A DNA stretch of 64,000 bases from Priapulus caudatus (lineage: Eukaryota). A program made the translations under genes and the position numbers. Below, one piece after another: positions 22,512 through 35,379 of this stretch. The first letter of the stretch is position 1. Every line of letters begins with the position of its first letter. Below the pieces are notes generated by a model that worked only from the letters and a program-made list of their open reading frames with translations, searched no databases and was not told where the DNA came from. Location: the NCBI RefSeq assembly GCF_000485595.1, contig NW_014577061.1, positions 826,365 to 890,364 of the forward strand, written 5' to 3'.

Positions 22512-25500
22512 GAAGACTGTAGCATTGCAACGACACAGATGCATGCGTATGTGTACTGTACGGTCGAAATACGAAATATTTTGTCACAAAAGACCTGGCC
22601 CGGAAGAATTCGTAGCAAAGTTTGCGCATGCGCAGACTGTAACTACGAACTGGCTTATTCGAAGACTGCTATGATGCTGATGTTCATTATAGGGAACCCA
22701 GAGCTCTTTGCGTCATCGGGCGGTTTGCACAGGCTGCTACCCTGTGAAAAAATACTAAAGTTAATTATTTTACCAAGAGCTAGTCCATAATAGAAAATAT
22801 ACTAGATTATAATGGACATACCTTACAGCTGTGAGGCATTCCACTGAGAACCTATATAGCTACTACCATGCATGGGCTTGTAAATCTCCATATAATTATA
22901 TATACGAAGTAAGCAGCATATGATGATCGTATTACATATTACGAGTATATCAGGAGGAATTAATCTTGTGAGAGATTTGAGAAATGATTGAAATTAAATT
23001 GCATGATTTGAAGAATTTATCATGTGAGATTACGTACTCCGGCGTATGTGAATTTGTTGAATCCACTTCGGATAACCAGTAGGCTGTTGTATCAGATGTT
23101 GCGGGTGCACGTATCTCAGAGGGTACGTGAGAGGTTATACATAATTATGCTAATTAATTGCAGCCTGTGGTGGCGACAGGCAGATTAGACTGCACACAGT
23201 TATAGTAACTGTTGTAACAGTCATTTTACAAGTCGCACTATATAGCTAGCTGCAGCAAGAAATGCAGGGGTCAAAGAGTTAGTGCAAAGTCGGTGATATC
23301 TATAAGCAAGGAAGCATATTTTCCGCTCCACACGTATATGCGACATATGCTGGCTATTCTTGTCTGTACATAACCTGCATGCTTGTGTGCCTTTGACGAA
23401 GTACGCTTAACTTAGGGTTTGTCTATATTCAGGCCGGTACAGGAGATAATTTGCATATTTTGTCACGTGAGACTTTTCGTGTCACCGGCCATCCTGCTTC
23501 GGAAAGAGCTCTCGGGAACACGATAAAAATGTACCCTAAAAAGGAAGTTCTGCAATTGACTTGCTGTTAGGAGCTCACTACGGTCACACGGGTGATCTGA
23601 ATAATCCTTCTAAGGCAATTGTCATTGAAATCCTTTTTAAAGGTAATGAGATCCACAAGGGTTCTTGTCTTTCGACTTTAACTTAGGTAAACTTAAGTCT
23701 ACGTATTAATGCAATCGCGCATGTTTAAAGCCTTGAGTTGCTGAGCCGAAGGTGTTGATTGTCGCTGGGTGTTGCTAAACTGAATTTCTGGATGACATGT
23801 TGTACCGAATATCACTGGGGTATGCGATGGCCATCACGCTTCGTACATAAGATGTACATTGCATTCCTCGACATACCGAGCTTAGGTCGCCGGCCCCGAC
23901 ACTCCCGGCACGGGGCCCTTGTACTCAAGCGCCCCGGTACAGGAGATAATTTGCATATTTTTATTCACGTGGCTTGTGTTATACACCAATCAGATTGTAA
24001 TCCGCGACTGTTCGTGACGTCACTTCGCTGTGAAGAAGATCGGTGAAGGAGGCAGGAAGGAGGAGAAGGGAGAAGTTGGAGAAGGAGGAGGGGAGAAGCT
24101 GTGGAGAAGGAGGAAGGGGAGAAGGGAGATAGATAGGTGCACAAAAGAGCTGAGTTCGAGAAGCTTGCGTGGAAAAGAAGGAGGCTAAGAGGAAGAGAGG
24201 ATATAGGTCGGTGGAGGAGGGGAGAAGCTAGTGAGAAGGAGCGGAATGAAAACTGGTTGGACAGAGGGAAGACGAGGACGTAGTTTCGTAACGTTGAGAA
24301 GAAGGTAGTGGATGATTAGCAGAAAGAGGAGAGGAGCAGACCGCTGGTGGAGAAGGAGGAGGGGGAGAAGCCTGGTGGAGGATGAAGAACGGGAAAGAAG
24401 GGAGAAGCTGGTGGGAAGGAGGCAGGTGGTGGAGAAGGTAGTGGTGAAGGTGGTGGAGAAGGGAGAATCGTGGTCGCAGGGAGAAAGGGCACTCCCTTAG
24501 GCCTACTTCTCCACGCATTCTCCACCTTCTCCACCAGCCTCCTCCACACGCCAGCTTCTCCCTGCCTCCTATTCTCGCACCAAAGCTCTCACACCCGTCC
24601 GCTCGCCACGCACTTGCTCCCTTCTCCCCCTCTTGCTTCTCGCACCCGCTTCCATCCCTCCATTCTCACACCCGCGATTACATCTGATTGGTTATCAACA
24701 CAAAACACGNNNNNNNNNNNNNNNNNNNNNNNNNGGACTTGAGTGTGTCACTAATATATCGGCAATAATAGGGTGAAAAGAGAGTAGGAGAAACTTAATA
24801 CTTTGGTAGTGACTTACATTCGTTTTATTTACCATATTTTTATTATGACGGTTCAATTTAGTGCTGTGGCCGCTGCCGTCGGGTAGGCAGCGGTGTGGAC
24901 GGGGCACCAGCATTATAGAGATTCACGCCGGCCACCGTGCTTCCGCCGTGTAGGCCCTGACTTTTATCACGAGCACTGCAGAGCGGTTCTTCTTCTATCT
25001 GCTCATCGTTCTTGAGAGGGAGCGCGAAAATGGTTGTTGTAACTTGTATCTTTCGTTGCATGCGTGGCGTGTCGCAGGACCTCGCACCTTCATGCTTGCT
25101 CGAGACAGTTAGAAGGGAGTTGTGTATTCAGGCCGCGTGTAGCAGACTGGCAGTAATTTGCAGTATTTTCACGAGGTGTGTGGTGTGGTGGTGGAGTGCG
25201 GCGAATAGTCAGAGGTGGGCTATGCGCGGTGTTGGACGTGACGTCCATTCAGTGCTTGAAGAAGGGGGCGATTGGTGGGGTTCGAAGAGAGGATAGGTCG
25301 CAGGAGAAGCGGCAAGAGTGGTGAGAGAGGAGGGTAGTGGAGAAGGCTGGGGGCTGGAGAGAGGAGGGGAAGGGGAGACGAGGGCTACTGAGAGAATGGC
25401 AGGTAGGCGAAGATAAGAGGACGCTGGGGAGAAGACTGACGTGTTGGGTGGGACTACGTCGATGAGGAGAAGTGAGAGTTACTGGTGCAGTCTGTGCGAG

Positions 25501-28460
25501 AGAGGAGAAGTAGTGGAGAGGAGGGATGAACCTTTCTTTTGCAACTGCGTGGATTACTGACGTTAAGGTGCTGTGGACTGCCTTTGTGTCGTTTCACTCT
25601 CGCTTGCTGAGAACGGAACAAGGTGTGTTGGAGAAGGAGGAACTGGCTAGAAGCTTTGGTCGTGCTGTCGAAGGAGTGATTTGGAGGCTTGGACGATTTG
25701 CGATGAGCAGAGTCATGAGTAGGTGGAGTGGATTCAGGGAGGAAGCTGGTCGGTGAGAGGAGGACCGGTGGGTAGAGTAGAGAGGTTTAGTGGGCATAGG
25801 TGTTGGCGTGGATAGCGTTTAATGGCTGCTTTTTTCGCTAGTAGTTTAAATGTAAGGATGCGAGCGTGCGTAAGGTTTGCATTTTATCCTCCCATGTCCA
25901 TACTATTCACCATCGTGCGCCTCTCTCCACGCCTCTCTCACATGCTGCTTCTCCCTCCTGTTTCCACATCAGGTTACTCACTCTCGCCCTCCCCTCTCAC
26001 GGCTACTTCTCCCTTTCTCTCCCTCATCTTTCTCTACCTCGCGCTTCTACCGCTACTTCTCCACGCGCGCTCGATCTAGCACCGTCTACTTGAGTGCTTG
26101 TTATAAGCCACAAAACACGTGAGCAAAAAATAGTGAGCAGAATATGTAGTCTTCCTGTTAATTGCCGTGAGTTATTTTTGACACATCCCGGTTTACACAC
26201 GTTTAATGACGTTCCTTTTTGCATTGAGCGTCAAAGCGGCTGAAAGCATTTAGAAAATTCAATTGCAGTCTATGTCGACAAGAGACTAGCCAGCATATGT
26301 AGACTTATACGTGAGATGCTCGGTCGGTCGTAGGAGGCGGGAAATAATACTCTTTCTCCTGTGATGTGCTTATATGAGTGATGATCGTGATGACGAGTCT
26401 TTGCGCACTACTCTTTGACGCCTCTCTGCATTTTTTGCTGAGCCAGGCTAGCTATATAGTCGCGAGTTGTAAAATGACTGTTACACGTTCTATAATCTTG
26501 TGTGCTGACGCTCGTATCTGCTTCTGTCGCTCCACCGGCGCTGGCAAATTTAACTTAGGCATAAGTTTTTGATAGAGCATTATCTCGTGTTACATCTCTG
26601 CTCAATCGCGTGCCTACTCCGTTATTTATCTGATTTTACAAAGTGCTCTCTATGATATTCGATTGGTATTGCGACAATTCACATACGCCTGCAGTACCCT
26701 CGCAACTCTTCTACATGCCATATCTCTGTGGCATCATGCAATTTGTTCTCTCATACTTTGACTTCAATCTTCACAAGATTAATTCCCCGTGCAGTGTAAT
26801 CTCGTTAATGATGTACGTCGATCATTCATATGCTGTTCTTAGCTTTGCGTAAGTTAATGATAATTTTTCTAATTGAATGTATAACTCCAATAAACGTCTT
26901 ATTAGACGAAGTCCCAGTTGATGAGTGTATCGCTATTACTGATCACTTTTGCAGCTTCATACAAGTACGTCTGAAAATGCACTCTCTTGGCTTGTATAGG
27001 GGTCATGTCGATGTATATCTTTAGGTATATTTTTCTTTATGGACTATGTTCTTGGTAAATACATGACTTTAGTTTATTTTTCTCATACAGACCGAAGTAG
27101 AGGCGCTCGTGGCAACTCGCATAATTGATCGACGCAAGAGACTCTCCGGGTGTCATATAAATCGAGAGCTGATCCAGTAATTCATAGCCAGTTTTCTTCG
27201 AGTAAGAACAAGTTTCGTGGAAGTAATACATTGGATAGAGTGACGATGCAGCGTTGGTCAGCATGTCTGTATAGCGTAATCTAAATATCCTAGTGTGACC
27301 CAGAAAGGTTTCGTTAAAAGAGCACTGTTTGCATTTCTTAGGTGTTGCACTCAAAATTTCTTCTACTTTTACGTTAATGTCTGAGCCGGTTACATTACAC
27401 CGATTTCGATACGTCTATGCATCCATTGGATGTTGTCTTTTAGTTCACTCCATGTCTACGCGATGTTGCATTTGGCGGTACGGAACGTTTAACGACGGTT
27501 CAGATGGGGCGCACGGTGCGTGCTTTTAGTGCGATCGACGTTAGAACTGGACACGACTCATCCGTAACGTTCGTGACTTCAGGCATGACTGGTCTGAAGC
27601 CTAGCACGTTACGCAGGTTAGGTCTACGCGCTTTTTGGGCCGTCATCTCCTCGCGCGTTATTAGGCTCTATCGACGAGCGGTGCGCGGCATTTCGTGGCA
27701 CGTATTCTTGCGTGACCTGGGTACAATACCTGTCAATGGCTCACCGGTGGTTAGTGAGCTTAACTGTCTCGTATTACATATTTGAGTAGCCGCGCCGAGT
27801 CAGTTTTGTTTGGGGCCAACCCTCTCTCCTCTCCGAGTGCTGGCGAGTACTAATACAGCGAATTAGCATAGTGCTCCCACGCTGTTGCGAGTGTGCATTG
27901 TTCTTCGAGTGTTGCGCTTAGGATGCTGCTGTCACTGGAAGCATATTACCGATGCTTTGTGCGTGGGACGGCGTCGGTCAGGGTGTCCGATGTTCAACGG
28001 TGTAGCTGGTTTGGGCTTGCATCTATTGGAATTTATTCGCCTGAGTGATGGCTTTGGTGCATGAGTACACCGTAGACACGCCGCTGTGCACAAACAACAA
28101 AACTATAGAGTTGAATTAAAACAACAAAACTATAATTTTGCTGTTGTTGCAGAGGAGCACTTGAACGGCATTTCCAGGAAATTATTGGTAATAATAGGCA
28201 AAAGATAGTAAAGAAACATTGACTTTGGTAGTACATTTCGTGTTTATTTACCATAATTTTATTATTGAAACGTTCCAAGCTAGTGCCTGCGGGAATGGCC
28301 GTGTGCTTCCTCTTCTTCGTTCTGCTCTCATCTCTATCTCTCTCTCTCACCATCACGCTCTTTCAGTCTCTCTCTCCTTCTCTTATTCCAATCATTACCT
28401 CTGCTTTGGACACCATCAATGCGTGGTGTTTTTTCGTGTGGCTGAGCAGGACCATAATAG

Positions 28461-28482
28461 CAGGAGTAGATAATATCCCCTG
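28461..28482. mobile_element. Collapsed CAGGAGT-family micro-element
   Basis: CAGGAGTAGATAATATCCCCTG; TSD ATAATAG. Confidence 0.6.
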
Positions 28483-28730
28483 ATAATAGGTAACAGAAAA
28501 CAGCGGCCAGTAAGTAGTAGTTGTTTTCTAGATCAATTAATAGATGCATTGCTAAATAATTCTGCCATGTAAAGACATAATGCTTCACACTAAGCTCTTG
28601 TTAAACCGAGATTACTAAATTAATCTGATTATACCACAGTTTGAACGGAATCGTTGCACACGGATCTATTGTATATCAACTGCAAACGACAATATTGACA
28701 GGTAACTCGCAACGTCTGTACTTCCTCTAG

Positions 28731-28972
28731 ATAAAGAAACTGCAAGATCCGAAGGTGTGGCTGGACGCTGCCACCCAGATCTTCTACTCGTTAGGTCTAG
28801 GCTTCGGCTCCCTGATTGCGTTTGCCAGCTACAACCCGCCGACGAGTAACTGCCGGCGCGACGCCATTTTAGTGTCCATCATCAACTGCGGGACCTCGCT
28901 GTTCGCTAGCATAGTCGTCTTTGCTATTCTCGGCTTCAAGGCGCTCAGTATGCACACGACCTGCCTGCAAGA
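28731..28972 (+). CDS. SLC6 copy B exon 4 (TM6-TM7)
   Basis: ctctag acceptor; [35 protein letters not shown]...[21 protein letters not shown]; phase-2 GTGAGC donor. Confidence 0.95.
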
Positions 28973-29017
28973 GTGAGCCGTATTATTCAAATTCCTAATA
29001 CAGTGTTCCCTGCTTTA

Positions 29018-30802
29018 AGCCTGCCGCACACGCTGTGTTTTGTGCTGCGCCATCGGCCACGCGTGGCTGATGGCGCAGCACAAAACACAGCGTGTGCGCG
29101 TGCAAACCAGCGATTTCTTGCGTGTGGAAAATATCACACGTGTTTGATATTTTCTTCCACGTGTGGCAGATTGAACAGCGTGTGCGGAGTGGCTGTGTGG
29201 ATAACAAGGAGAGGAAGCGCCGCCATATCTGGCCCAAATATTTGCCATATTTGGTCATATTAGTCCAGAACAGATTATTGTTCTATTGTCTCTGGGGGAC
29301 GGATCTGCACAGCCGTTTCAGCTGATTATGGTCCATAGATGGCGTCCTTGAGGCGAAAAGCACACAGCCAATCCGCTTCCTCTCCTTGTTGGCTGTGTCA
29401 AGTTCCACACCGGCTCTATGTAACCGACCAATAGCAGCAGGTCAAGCGAGTCACGTGATCTTAACTTGCGGTTGCAGCGAGGTTGCACTGCGGTACACGC
29501 ACGTACACGCAGATACACGCACGTACACGCGGGTACACGCACGTACACGCGGGTACACGCACGTACACGCACGTACACGCGGGTACACGCACGTACACGC
29601 GGGTACACGCACGTACACGCATGTACACGCGGGTACACGCAGGTACACGCGGGTACACGCACTTAGCTGGGAAACNNNNNNNNNNNNNNNNNNNNNNNNN
29701 NNNNNNNNNNNNNNNNNNNNNNNNNNNNNNNNNNNNNNNNNNNNNNNNNNNNNNNNNNNNNNNNNNNNNNNNNNNNNNNNNNNNNNNNNNNNNNNNNNNN
29801 NNNNNNNNNNNNNNNNNNNNNNNNNNNNNNNNNNNNNNNNNNNNNNNNNNNNNNNNNNNNNNNNNNNNNNNNNNNNNNNNNNNNNNNNNNNNNNNNNNNN
29901 NNNNNNNNNNNNNNNNNNNNNNNNNNNNNNNNNNNNNNNNNNNNNNNNNNNNNNNNNNNNNNNNNNNNNNNNNNNNNNNNNNNNNNNNNNNNNNNNNNNN
30001 NNNNNNNNNNNNNNNNNNNNNNNNNNNNNNNNNNNNNNNNNNNNNNNNNNNNNNNNNNNNNNNNNNNNNNNNNNNNNNNNNNNNNNGTTTCCCAGCTAAG
30101 TGCGTGTACCCGCGTGTACGTGCGTGTACCCGCGTGTCCCCGCGTGTACGTGCGTGTCCCCGCGTGTACGTGCGTGTACCCGCGTGTACGTGCGTGTACG
30201 TGCGTGTACCCGCGTGTACGTGCGTGTACCCGCGTGTACGTGCGTGTACGTGCGTGTACCCGCGTGTACGTGCGTGTACCCGCGTGTACGTGCGTGTATC
30301 TGCGTGTACGTGCGTGTACCCGCGTGTACGTGCGTGTACGTGCGTGTATCAGCGTGTACCCGCGTGTACGTGCGTGCACCTGCGTGTACATGCGTGTACC
30401 CGCTTGTACGTGCGTGTACATGCGTGTACGTGCGTGTACCCGCCTCTACGTACGTGTACCCGCGTGTACGTGCTTGTACCCGCGTGTACGTGCGTGTATC
30501 TGCGTGTACGTGCGTGTACCGCAGTGCAACCGCGCTGCAACCGCAAGTTAAGATCACGTGACTCGCTTGACCTGCTGCTATTGGTCGGTTACATAGAGCC
30601 GGTGTGGAACTTGACACAGCCACTCCGCACACGCTGTTCAATCTGCCACACGTGGAAGAAAATATCAAACACGTGTGATATTTTCCACACGCAAGAAATC
30701 GCTGTGTTTGCACTTTGCACGAGCACACGCTGTGTTTTGTGCTGCGCCATCAGCCACGCGTGGCCGATGGCGCAGCACAAAACACAGCGTGTGCGGCAGG
30801 CT
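29018..30802. mobile_element. Harbinger-type foldback element with long inverted arms and a 10-bp minisatellite core
   Basis: TIR AGCCTGCCGCACACGCTGTG..., TTA TSD on both sides; 29390-29675 is inverted relative to 30087-30620; central N gap. Confidence 0.8.
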
Positions 30803-31315
30803 TTAGCGGGACAGGTCAAGAACCCTGAAAATGTCCCAATAAAGTGTTGGTCTCGATTAAGCATTGAATGCATAACAACGTGTGCAATGTTAGTTTTTTC
30901 AAAGACATACGTCCTGCTTGTTTAACCGAGGCCCGATAAAGTGGGGATTACTGGGTTTATGCTAGTGAGGCATTCAAGTTGTTTTGTAGTTGTTATCTGA
31001 TGAGCTAAGTGTTCGGTGTTTCTATCATATGGTTTGTAAGAATGTTCGAGTTACGATTACCGCTAATGAATGATTTGAATGTTTAATGCGTTTAAGATTT
31101 ATGTGCCTAGCTGCCTAATATAAATGTTCAGGCCATATTACAATTATGTAACCAGTTATGTAATTATTTTAAATTAGCTGCACGAACTAAAAGTTTTCAC
31201 TGATAGTGGTAGATAGACGTTCATTAATGTTGTATATGTCTAGTGCGTTCTTGAGCAAGTACATTAGAAAGGTGCATTGGGTATAGACTGACATAATTTG
31301 CTGTTTTTTTTTAAG

Positions 31316-31466
31316 TGCGGCAACTAAAATAGCAACTGCAATTCCCGAGTTCAACACGACGATGGTAACAAATGAGCAGGAGCTGTCTCATTTTCTACAC
31401 CTGTACAATGAGAGTATCCATCACCTGGGCATCCGCAACTGTACCCTGCATGATGAGCTGAGCCAG
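31316..31466 (+). CDS. SLC6 copy B exon 5 (extended EL4, typical of the SLC6A15-20 subfamily)
   Basis: Poly-T/aag acceptor; open frame (D)AATKIATAIPEFNTTMV...IRNCTLHDELSQ in the correct phase; probable GC donor CAG|GCGAGT. Not in the ORF track; translated by hand. Confidence 0.8.
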
Positions 31467-31574
31467 GCGAGTATATTAATAAGTAAGAATTGTAAGCTTA
31501 AAGTAAGCATTGTAAGAACAATATAACTATAATGCGGTTGCAGGAACATGAACAGATACGTGTGGTTGAGGTTC

Positions 31575-32020
31575 TGTAGTCCGACGGGTCGTTGGTCCTA
31601 CGGGTCATTGGTCCTACAAGTCATTGGTCCTACGGGCGTTGGTGTTACGGGTCTACGGCCAGCAGCGTCAGAAGATCCGCCTGTCGACCGTGCTGATCGA
31701 ACTACTGACCGTACTAGGCATGATTGGCTACCTGTCAAAGTTTGCACCCCGACTAGCTGAGATTGCAGCACCACTTGGGGACCTTCCTAAGAAGGAGAAT
31801 GAGTTTGTGTGGTACAGCTAGCAGTATGCGGTATTCCAGCAGGTAAAAGACTGGACTTTTAGGACTTTGGTTTATTCTCTCCCCTATACCTCATTGCATC
31901 CATCACTCTGCTCTGTCTGCCCCTCTTGCTAACTCTTACTGTTACTATTATAACCGTAGGACCAACATCCCGGGTACCATGCAACGACTCGTAGGACCAA
32001 CGACCCGTAGTATTATAGAC
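31575..32020. mobile_element. Foldback MITE with ~16-bp GGTCCTAC subrepeats, containing a Ty3/Gypsy pol fragment
   Basis: Left (GGGTCRTTGGTCCTAC)n and right (GTAGGACCAAC)n arms; 31670-31850 reads LGMIGYLSKFAPRLAEIAAPLGDLPKKENEFVW..Q..FQQVK. Confidence 0.65.
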
Positions 32021-32186
32021 CAGTCCCCATACGTGTGATATCGACGTAAAGTTTCTCTCATGATGTGTAGGAATAAATGAACGATTCATACTTATGTTGA
32101 TAAAGGCATGTATAATTGCAATTTAATATGTATTATGCATAAAAAATTTAACTATTTCAATTACTTTGCTTTCATGTATGTTTTAG

Positions 32187-32388
32187 TCAGCTCAGGGTAC
32201 TGGTCTCGCATTCATCATATTTGCACAAGCAATAATCGAGCTCCCTGCTGCCCCCTTGTGGAGCGTCCTCTTCTTCATGATGCTTTTGTCACTTGGTCTT
32301 GGCACGATGATTGGAACACTAGAAGGCGTTCTGACAGCTATCCACGATATGAACTTATTTATATGGATGAAGAAATGGATGCTAGCCG
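32187..32388 (+). CDS. SLC6 copy B exon 6 (EL4-TM8)
   Basis: ttttag acceptor; [54 protein letters not shown]; phase-1 GTAATT donor. Confidence 0.93.
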
Positions 32389-32822
32389 GTAATTAAGCAT
32401 CTTAAAGTTTCGTTTACTTAAGTTCATGAAATTTGGAGCAATTTCGGATTACATCGCATAATTTACTAAGTTATAAAATAGTTGCCTTTTTACCATTACG
32501 CTTCCGTTGTAACTCTATCAACTCCGATGTACTTGCGAATAAAGAAAATTATATAATATAAGATAACATGTAAATAATACTGAATTAGGAAACACCTAAT
32601 TTGAAATTTAAGCTGAATTTAAGATTAAGATTCCATGGCGAGACGCACATGCATAAATGAACCAGCTATAGAAATAGCCATCCTATATTGGCTGATGCCA
32701 CCTTGTGAGAGAATATGGGGTACCTTGACTAGCTAGATAAATCTATCATAATTAAACAGTAGTTATTACTTAGTATTTTCTTAAAGCACACAGTTCAGTT
32801 ACAAACGTTATGTTTCTTGCAG

Positions 32823-32982
32823 CAATCATATGCATCATCTCGCTGCTCGTGGGTATGGTCTTTGTAACCAGGGCTGGCGAGTACTGGGTCAAAGTGTTTG
32901 ATTCATACGGCGCAACATTTGGACTCATCTTAGTTGCTTTCTTTGAAATGATCAGTGTCACATACGTCTATGGGATTAATCA
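32823..32982 (+). CDS. SLC6 copy B exon 7 (TM9-TM10)
   Basis: ttgcag acceptor; IICIISLLVGMVFVTRAGEYWVKVFDSYGATFGLILVAFFEMISVTYVYGIN; phase-2 GTAAGT donor. Confidence 0.93.
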
Positions 32983-33037
32983 GTAAGTTTATTTACCTAT
33001 ATAGCAGCTATCATATTTTGTCTTTCTTACTAATGTA

Positions 33038-33460
33038 TTCTTCTTCTTTTTCTTCTTCTTCTTCTTCTTCTTCTTCTTCTTCTTCTTCTTCTTCTTCTTC
33101 TTCTTTTTCTTCTTCTTCTTCTTCTTCTTCTTCTTCTTCTTCTTCTTCTTCTTCTTCTTCTTCTTCTTCTCCTTGTTTCTCGCGGATGATCCCCGCTGAA
33201 ACGTCAGCAAGGGGCTGACCTCTCTGTTGACAATGCTTCTCCACCTTCCTCGATCGGCTGCATCGTCGTCCATTACTCCAAGCCTTCTCATCTCCGCCTC
33301 CACTCCATCCCTCTATCTAATTCTCTGTTGCCCTATCTTCTTTCTTCCTCTCACCGGCACCTGTCATGCTCTCCTCCATTGCTCCTCATCTTCCTTCCTA
33401 ACCACATGACCATACCATCTAATCTTACTTTGCGTTATGACTTCCTCTGTTTGTCCTTTC
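33038..33460 (-). mobile_element. 3' end of an RTE-clade LINE with a (GAA)n tail
   Basis: Minus-strand EMRRLGVMDDDAADRGRWRSIV, typical of an RTE ORF C-terminus, followed by ~130 bp of (GAA)n at 33038-33170. Confidence 0.7.
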
Positions 33461-35379
33461 TCTTACTCCAGCTATTCGTCGCACCTCCTCATTTGATCTT
33501 CATTCTCTCAGTGAAACTCCCAATATCGAACGCAACATTCTCATCTCCGTTCTCTGCAACCTCTTTTCCTCATCTATTCATATGGCCCAGGTTTCCGTTC
33601 CATACGTTAGCATATGGGTCTCACGACTGCCCCATACAGGGGCGTAGCTAGGGTGAAATGGATGTGTACGCACACATGCAGGCGTGCAGGTGTGGATGTG
33701 TCTGGGGGGGTTCCCCCCCCCCCAAAAAAAAAGGAGATGGTATTTGAGGCCCTTTTGAGTAAATGTACAGCCTTCATTCTGACTACGACAATTATCTTTT
33801 TAGTCAAACTATTCTCTTTATGAGCAACAAGATGTGATCACTAAAGATCACTATCAGGGGCGTAGCCAGTATGTAGCACTGTAGGCCCGGGCCTACACTT
33901 TTTTTGGCCAAGTTATCTTTTTTTTTAAAACACCCATAATTCAAATCCATAAGCTTGCTGGACGAGTTTAAGAGTCTAGGCAGGAAAAACTATTGAAATG
34001 AACGTAGCAAGAATATGTACTGGGAATAAATTAGTGACCGATATTCTTACTTGTCCATCTAGCTGTCATTTTCTAATCGGCGTGCCGTTTCCATGTCAAA
34101 ACACTCGGATTACCGGTACATCTAACCCGCACGTAAAAAGACTAGGATGCCGAGGATCTGTCAAGTTATATTTTAGAACAGAGGATTTTAAAAAACTCGT
34201 GTCGTGAAACAACCGGGACTATTAACTTACGTGATTGTGTTTTTTGGGTTAAAAGTGATATGCAATGCAGGTGTTCTCAAGTATAGCCCCAGAGTGCCAG
34301 GGAACCAGAATGAACACTTCCGGGAAGGCGACGTTTCCCGGCCATACTGGGGGGTTTGTAAACCCAAAAATTTTCATTAGTACGCTCCAGCGCAAACCGA
34401 TGGTCGCGCTCAGCCGGCTGAAATAGTCGTGGCCTACAACTTTAAAATCCGTGGCTTACACGCCCCTCTGACTAGTGACTTAATCATCGTAATTTTTAGT
34501 CTTATTATTATCAAGTAACATGGTGAACTAAAGCCAAGCATACTTCTTTAAACTCTCTTTCTCTCCGTCCCCATCTGCTGTGTGCAGGCGTGCGTGCGTG
34601 GCGAGCAAGCGTATCGTGTGGCTGGTGGCGTGTGGGCGGCGTGGTGTGCTCAAAACACAGCACATACACTCATTGGCTGTGCACAGTATTGTCCATACAT
34701 CACATCACGCATTGTTATATGTCAATGTATAGTGCGGGCCACCCGTGGGCCAGAGGGCGACAGCAAAACTGGTCGCCGAAGCCCGCCGTGGGTGTTATTT
34801 GTTTATAAACAAATTGTAGTCTGACAATGACTGACTCTCTCGGTCCTCTCGTCTCTCGGAGGGTAATCTCTCCGTCTCAATCATCTCAGTCGTCTCTCTC
34901 CTTCTCATCTCTTCTCTTTTCCTCTCTGTTCTGTTTCTTGTCTCTCTGCTCTTCTCGTACTCATATCTTATCTATCTCACTGGCTCTTCTACTTCGTCTC
35001 TCCTACCTCCTCCTCTCGTCTCCGTCCTCACCCAGTCGTCACTCTCTCTCTGTGGCAGCTAAACAAAAGTTGTGGCTGAAATAGATGTCTGTACGCAAAA
35101 ACTGCGTAAGTGCGTGCTTTTATGGTAGCTTACGTACGCGGCCCACTGCCATAAGATTTTATACTGCTTTTAAGTTTTGCTGGTCATCCTTGGTAGTCAT
35201 ACCAATCCTGAAACCTCTCCATAGCCATGATTTCTGCCATGCTGTCGCTTCGATTCTAGCTCCGCAATTTCACAGACCCTTACGCGATACCCACTGCCTC
35301 CGTCGAGCTTCCAACAGTGCTTGTAATTTGTTACACGCATAGGAAGCGTGAGACAGCAATAGAAGCGTGGAGTATTTCG

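Noticed and set aside
21599..22790. Long ORFs (264-356 aa) rich in C, V, R, A, H and T
   Set aside because: They are translations of the (CACG)n minisatellite in all frames, not protein-coding.
22950..22970. CAGGAGG as another micro-palindrome
   Set aside because: No inverted arm and no TSD.
29318..30925. ORFs up to 480 aa
   Set aside because: Minisatellite plus read-through of an N gap.
32955..33303. Poly-S, poly-K and poly-E ORFs
   Set aside because: They come from the (TCT)n microsatellite that forms the LINE tail.
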